From: Candidatus Zhuqueibacterota bacterium
GTDB taxonomy: Bacteria; Zhuqueibacterota; Zhuqueibacteria; Oceanimicrobiales; Oceanimicrobiaceae
Direction: 5' to 3'
DNA: 39,249 nt
Assembly (NCBI GenBank): GCA_011775825.1
Contig: JAABYK010000420.1
Coordinates: forward strand, 9,145-48,393
Shown here: positions 35,482 to 39,249 of the stretch, piece after piece
How positions within the stretch are numbered: position 1 is the stretch's first letter
Layout: each line of letters begins with the position of its first letter
The notes under the pieces: model-generated
Told to the model about the DNA's origin: nothing
Databases searched by the model: none
The model's input: only the letters and a program-made list of their open reading frames with translations
Position numbers and translations under genes: made by a program

Positions 35482-35856
35482 TTACCGTCTAAATCCTCTC
35501 CAGACCGGACCTGGATAAAATGGGGCCGGATATACTCCTGGATACCAAATGGGGTAACGGCGAATTGGGGGGGGATAAAAAATGAGATCCCGAATCTCTC
35601 TAACGAGCATCTTATTCACGGGATAAAATACCGGGTCTATCTCAATACGTCCAAAGTTAATATCTCTTAACGTGTCCAGAAATTTGCCGGCTGACTCTAA
35701 CTTTTCGACCTGGTGAGGCGTAAGGTTGACTTTGTACCGTTTCGCCACCTCGGTTGGTTCTTTAAAAAGCTCACGCATTAAATTTGGATCTCGGTTGGCT
35801 TCCTGCAACATCCGCGCTAAATTAGCCTGTTCGTGTGTATCTGTTGGATTAGCCAT
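35482..35856 (-). CDS. Candidate RiPP precursor: helical leader-like N-terminus plus Cys-free Tyr-Pro-repeat C-terminus
   Basis: GGGAGG RBS 6 nt before ATG 35856. 124 aa. The N-terminal part LARMLQEANRDPNLMRELFKEPTEVAKRYKVNLTPHQVEKL is Nif11/NHLP-leader-like by eye. The C-terminus is IFYPPPIRRYPIWYPGVYPAPFYPGPVWRGFRR. Confidence 0.6.
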   Translation of the reverse strand: MANPTDTHEQANLARMLQEANRDPNLMRELFKEPTEVAKRYKVNLTPHQVEKLESAGKFLDTLRDINFGRIEIDPVFYPVNKMLVREIRDLIFYPPPIRRYPIWYPGVYPAPFYPGPVWRGFRR

Positions 35857-36393
35857 CTTAACCTCCCAATGCTTAGGTTATTGGTTTAATTAAAAGCCAT
35901 TTCACTTCTGTAGTTTTAGAGAAAAACTTGCCTCTAAGGTAAATACCAAACAGTATTATTCACTACTCTACCCCCCCCTTTCTTGATGGTCATTGTCATT
36001 TTCCTTTCTTTGTTAAATTTCTAATATAAAGTATGGCGTTGGTGCAAGAATAGGATATTTTTGACTTTGGCAATCGGAATTCAATCCTGAGATTCTTAGC
36101 TACCCACCTTTTTGAGCCTAAGTCAAGTATGAATTAATGACATAATCTTTCTCTCACAAATTAATGAGCACATAAGATTGGCCATGATGCGTTAGCTGTT
36201 TTGTCAATACCGCCAATCCTGTCTCAGCAATATGTAGGCTGGTCTATTTACGTGAGCCCACGTTGCCTGCAAAGCAGAATGCCCAGCCTGAATAATCAGA
36301 GGAGGTATAGACCGCCCAATTAAATTAAAAGTATGGCTGGTCCCGCACTTTGTTCAAGACATGTTCGTATGTTTCCGATGGCTTTCGAACTGC

Positions 36394-37515
36394 CTAATCC
36401 GCATAAAAATTCTTTGAATGAAATTTCAACGACTCCCCAATACGAAACTCGATCAACAGATGCCCATTGACTATCTCATCAAATATCTCGCTACCTGTGT
36501 CATATTCGTAAATGTCAGATTGATGCTCAATTGCTAGATTATTCAATTCCTGCACGAAAGCCTCAACATGGTCTTTTAACCCAAGCTCATCATCAACGCC
36601 ACAGTCTATGTACACAGCGGTTTCCGTGAACGGATTCACTCCATTTGTGTGGCCCTTGAGGAACGTCAACGGATCATTCTCGAGCCAGAGCGCCCATACG
36701 GAGTCATTTTTAGTGATTTCTCCCGTTTCGTCATTGTATTCCAATTCCAGATCAAGTCCGGGTGAAAAAGCAGCGGTTAAAGCTGGCAGCACGCGATTAT
36801 TCACCCAATCCATGGTAAAATCCGACGGATTAGCAAGCTCATCTAAAAAGTGTTCTAAGGAGAGTAATCCACTATGTGACGCCACAGAACTAAACAGCCC
36901 TCGGCTGTTGGACTCCACGTTGGATTCCATCGCCAGCATGACCGAGCCGTACCCACCCATGGAGAATCCTGAAATGCCCCTCTTGGCACGGTCCGGTTCA
37001 GTGCGATAATGGCTGTCTATGAAATCAATCAAATCGTCTAAGATGTAACCTTTGTAATTTCCCGTGCCCTCGGAGTTTCGATAAAAGCTACCGCAGGCAA
37101 GTCTGAGGTCGCACAAGCTTGTGCCCGCATGTGGGATCACCACGATCATATCCTTGATCCGCCAGCCTGTAAACCACGACTCCAAAGTGCCCTCGACGAT
37201 TTTAGAAATCCGATCGATGCTTTGGGGACTAGCGCCAAAGCCATGTAACACGTAGACTGAGGGATAGCGTTTAGTTGCGTTGTCAGGATCGTCATAATCC
37301 GGTGGCAATAAAATATGTACTACCCTTGTTGAGCTATCACCTAAGGGATTGTCAACCAATGATGGAAAAGTATGCTCGATTTTGTCAACCGTATAATTCT
37401 TGCATCCCGTGAGCGCAAACATCATCACAATCGTAAATGCAAGGAGGAGATGCTTTAGGAGCCTTTCCTGACACTTGACAAAGTTGATAAGTTCATCTGT
37501 TTTTTGAGTATCCAT
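36394..37515 (-). CDS. Esterase-family alpha/beta hydrolase lipoprotein (esterase D / siderophore-esterase-like fold)
   Basis: Lipobox MMFALTGC; YPSVYVLHGFGASP; nucleophile elbow GISGFSMGGYGS. Confidence 0.75.
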   Translation of the reverse strand: MDTQKTDELINFVKCQERLLKHLLLAFTIVMMFALTGCKNYTVDKIEHTFPSLVDNPLGDSSTRVVHILLPPDYDDPDNATKRYPSVYVLHGFGASPQSIDRISKIVEGTLESWFTGWRIKDMIVVIPHAGTSLCDLRLACGSFYRNSEGTGNYKGYILDDLIDFIDSHYRTEPDRAKRGISGFSMGGYGSVMLAMESNVESNSRGLFSSVASHSGLLSLEHFLDELANPSDFTMDWVNNRVLPALTAAFSPGLDLELEYNDETGEITKNDSVWALWLENDPLTFLKGHTNGVNPFTETAVYIDCGVDDELGLKDHVEAFVQELNNLAIEHQSDIYEYDTGSEIFDEIVNGHLLIEFRIGESLKFHSKNFYAD

Positions 37516-37560
37516 TTCATTTTTCTCCTCAAAAACTCGGTTAAGTTCTGTATGGCTTAT

Positions 37561-37992
37561 TCAACTGGTACTCGCTTCTCCACACTTACCAGTAACCGTG
37601 TTGTTTCCTTCATTCAATTCATCTACATCGTCGTTGACATCCACGATAATTTCGAACTTGCATTCCCAAATTGGACTCGTGCAATCAGGCGGAATATCAA
37701 TATGTGGTGTGAGTTCTACGGATGTGCCTGCTGGCACTTTAGGTGTATCCAAATCCATATCAACTTCACCGCCTGTAGTGAAAAATTTGATTCTTGTTTT
37801 TGAAGCAGGTGCATCAGCACGTCCTCGATTCTGGACCGTGACTACCAATCTTCGGTCGTCATCCAAATTGCAATACGCATATGGATCCGCACCCAAATCA
37901 GGTAGCTTAGCAGGCACCAAGTCAGATTTGCAATTTAGAACAGAAATTGCCAAAATACTGCAAAACAGCAGCATAAGTGTTTGGCTGCGCAT
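37561..37992 (-). CDS. CARDB-domain lipoprotein
   Basis: Signal/lipobox LAISVLNC; RLVVTVQNRGRADAPAS; KVPAGTSVEL; FEIIVDVNDDVDELNEGNNT (CARDB C-terminal signature). Confidence 0.7.
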   Translation of the reverse strand: MRSQTLMLLFCSILAISVLNCKSDLVPAKLPDLGADPYAYCNLDDDRRLVVTVQNRGRADAPASKTRIKFFTTGGEVDMDLDTPKVPAGTSVELTPHIDIPPDCTSPIWECKFEIIVDVNDDVDELNEGNNTVTGKCGEASTS

Positions 37993-38084
37993 TATACATC
38001 TCTCCCTTTTTTGGTTTATGTGTAAAAACTCTTAAAAACTTGAAAGGCATTTTAAAGATGCTGTCCGGCCCTCAAACCTGGTAA

Positions 38085-38693
38085 TCACTTCAAAGTCGTG
38101 GCAAAAGTAATCTGAATTGGCAAAATGAGCAGGCGCGGTTGCTTCGACGTCCGTGCCCCGATATTTCTCAGTCGCGTCCTCTGACCACTTCCCCTGGTTT
38201 CAACTCGTAGAAAAGCCACTTTTCCGGGGCTTGAATCGGCGCTCTTAATCTGATTCTGGTATAAATGTCCAAAGGCTGCCCGAACCCCAACACTGCACAC
38301 TTTATTTTTTCTGCCAAAGTCAAAAATAGACAGAGGCCGCAGGGGGTCGAATCCAAGAAGGTCGTTGATGGAAATATCCAAGAGTTGACCGACATCGTAG
38401 AGTTCTCCGACCATGGTCCTGGCGGCCTCTTTTAATATTGCGACATGATCCGGGGTTAATTCTATCAATTGGAGCTTGTAGATGCAAAACTGCGAGAGGC
38501 AGTATTCTTGCAACGGTTTCATCGTGGCCTCTGGAAATTCCACCGAAAACGTGTTGTCCTCGTCCAGGTAAAGCATCGTGTGCGTTGTCTTGCCACCTGG
38601 AACTTTTGCCAAACAGCTTCTTCTGGTGCAGCGAATGGCCGCGTGCATATCAGCAGCCACATTTTGCCACCACTTCGTATCGTAACTTTGCAT
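38085..38693 (-). CDS. Permuted papain-like (NlpC/P60 superfamily, YiiX/C92-like) protein; 3' end probably frameshifted
   Basis: His-before-Cys order: KTTHTMLYLDED ... VEFPEAT ... GELYDVGQLL ... NKVCSVGVRAAF. After SADSSPG the frame becomes Arg-rich and non-protein-like. The alternative frame reads EKWLFYELKPGEVVRGRD and stops at 38168. The shift sits at the plus-strand GGGG run 38226-38229. Confidence 0.5.
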   Translation of the reverse strand: MQSYDTKWWQNVAADMHAAIRCTRRSCLAKVPGGKTTHTMLYLDEDNTFSVEFPEATMKPLQEYCLSQFCIYKLQLIELTPDHVAILKEAARTMVGELYDVGQLLDISINDLLGFDPLRPLSIFDFGRKNKVCSVGVRAAFGHLYQNQIKSADSSPGKVAFLRVETRGSGQRTRLRNIGARTSKQPRLLILPIQITFATTLK

Positions 38694-38736
38694 TTCAAAT
38701 CTTCAGCCTAAGAAGTCCCCAAGAGCTTGGTTTATT

Positions 38737-39249
38737 TCATCGGTCTCTACCCCATCTCAAATGCAGCAGACCAATTAAGAGGTTAATGCCGCCCCAACCA
38801 CCGATAAACCCCAGCAGAAGCGGGTGTGCCAGGCCCAACCACTGTGCTTCGTCAGGTGAGCGAAATTCAAGATATAGAGGGGATACCGCATTAAATACAA
38901 ATAGCAGAAGGCCTACCAACATACTCACGAATGCTTCACGAAGCGGCTCCAGTTTTTGACTCCATTTTCCCGGAAGCATGGTAAAAGGGACATCAATTTT
39001 GGAAGTCGGGTCAAGAGATCGGCGAAACCATCCCCCGATAGCGCCTCCAGCACAACAAACAAGCAAAAGCAGAAGTGGGAATGCCACTTCTACCACGACT
39101 GGTTGTGTTATACCATCGCTTTGAGCAGTCAGTTTGACAGACGCCCCTACAAGCCAACGAACCTTGCCTTTGGCTTGAACCTGACCTTTTTGCCACACTA
39201 AGTACTTGCGGCGTTCGTAGTCACCGTCGCCGGATACGTCCACCCAAAA
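38737..39249 (-). CDS. Membrane protein of unknown function (5' end outside the window)
   Basis: The frame is open to the window edge. About three hydrophobic helices are visible (AFPLLLLLVCCAGGAIGGWF, FVSMLVGLLLFVFNAV, HPLLLGFIGGWGGINLLIGLL). It lies 43 nt upstream of the papain-like gene on the same strand. Confidence 0.5.
   Translation of the reverse strand, partial: FWVDVSGDGDYERRKYLVWQKGQVQAKGKVRWLVGASVKLTAQSDGITQPVVVEVAFPLLLLLVCCAGGAIGGWFRRSLDPTSKIDVPFTMLPGKWSQKLEPLREAFVSMLVGLLLFVFNAVSPLYLEFRSPDEAQWLGLAHPLLLGFIGGWGGINLLIGLLHLRWGRDR

Noticed and set aside
36034-36046. TGGCGTTGGTGCA, looked at as a possible sigma-54 (-24/-12) promoter upstream of the precursor gene
   Set aside because: The GG-to-GC spacing is wrong (7 nt rather than 10), and it lies on the plus strand while the operon is on the minus strand.
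1-39249. Search for CRISPR arrays, rRNA, IS elements or transposases, intact integrases, and known defence-system hallmarks (large ATPases, nucleases, methyltransferase/restriction pairs)
   Set aside because: None was seen. There are no regularly spaced direct repeats, no transposase- or integrase-like catalytic ORF, and no defence-type gene set. The accessory character rests on the 30-39 kb cluster, the TA remnants and the two repeat copies.

Overview
39.2-kb bacterial chromosomal window with one tRNA, no rRNA, no CRISPR and no intact transposase or integrase. All family calls come from reading motifs in the supplied translations; no database search was possible. Gene content (DUF5916/CBM9-like outer-membrane protein, DUF3098-like small membrane protein, M64 peptidase, SpmA/SpmB, exosortase-family protein) suggests a Gram-negative, possibly FCB-group-like lineage, but this is inference only.

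Positions 1-27.4 kb are mostly housekeeping or ordinary genes: porin, Rieske oxygenase, C-N hydrolase, M64 peptidase, ggt, uvrA, patatin-like lipase, CheY-like regulator, CPBP protease, TrmH-family methyltransferase, PtsN-like EIIA, tRNA-Asp, DUF5916 protein, ECF sigma/anti-sigma pair, rtcA, P5C dehydrogenase, CNNM transporter and spmAB. Interspersed are three toxin-antitoxin loci in different states of decay and two inverted copies of a ~135-bp hairpin-rich MITE/REP-like repeat.

Positions 27.5-29.6 kb form a decay zone: a histidine-kinase fragment, a frameshifted response regulator and a 5'-truncated S9 peptidase around an intact Nudix gene.

Positions 30.06-39.25 kb form an all-minus-strand accessory block and are the best candidate for an undescribed system. 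It contains a Cys-free 124-aa precursor-like ORF with a Tyr-Pro-repeat C-terminus, a radical SAM/SPASM enzyme with a PqqD-like C-terminal extension, and a CARDB lipoprotein. These are followed by a stand-alone paralogue of a subtilase prodomain, a secreted S8 protease with an IPTLxxWG-like C-terminal sorting signal, and a short exosortase-family protein. Upstream lies a second module: a membrane protein, a permuted papain-like (YiiX-like) protein, a second CARDB lipoprotein and an esterase lipoprotein.

At least five apparent frameshifts in the window sit in homopolymer runs. Several 'pseudogenes' may therefore be sequencing or assembly indels rather than biology.
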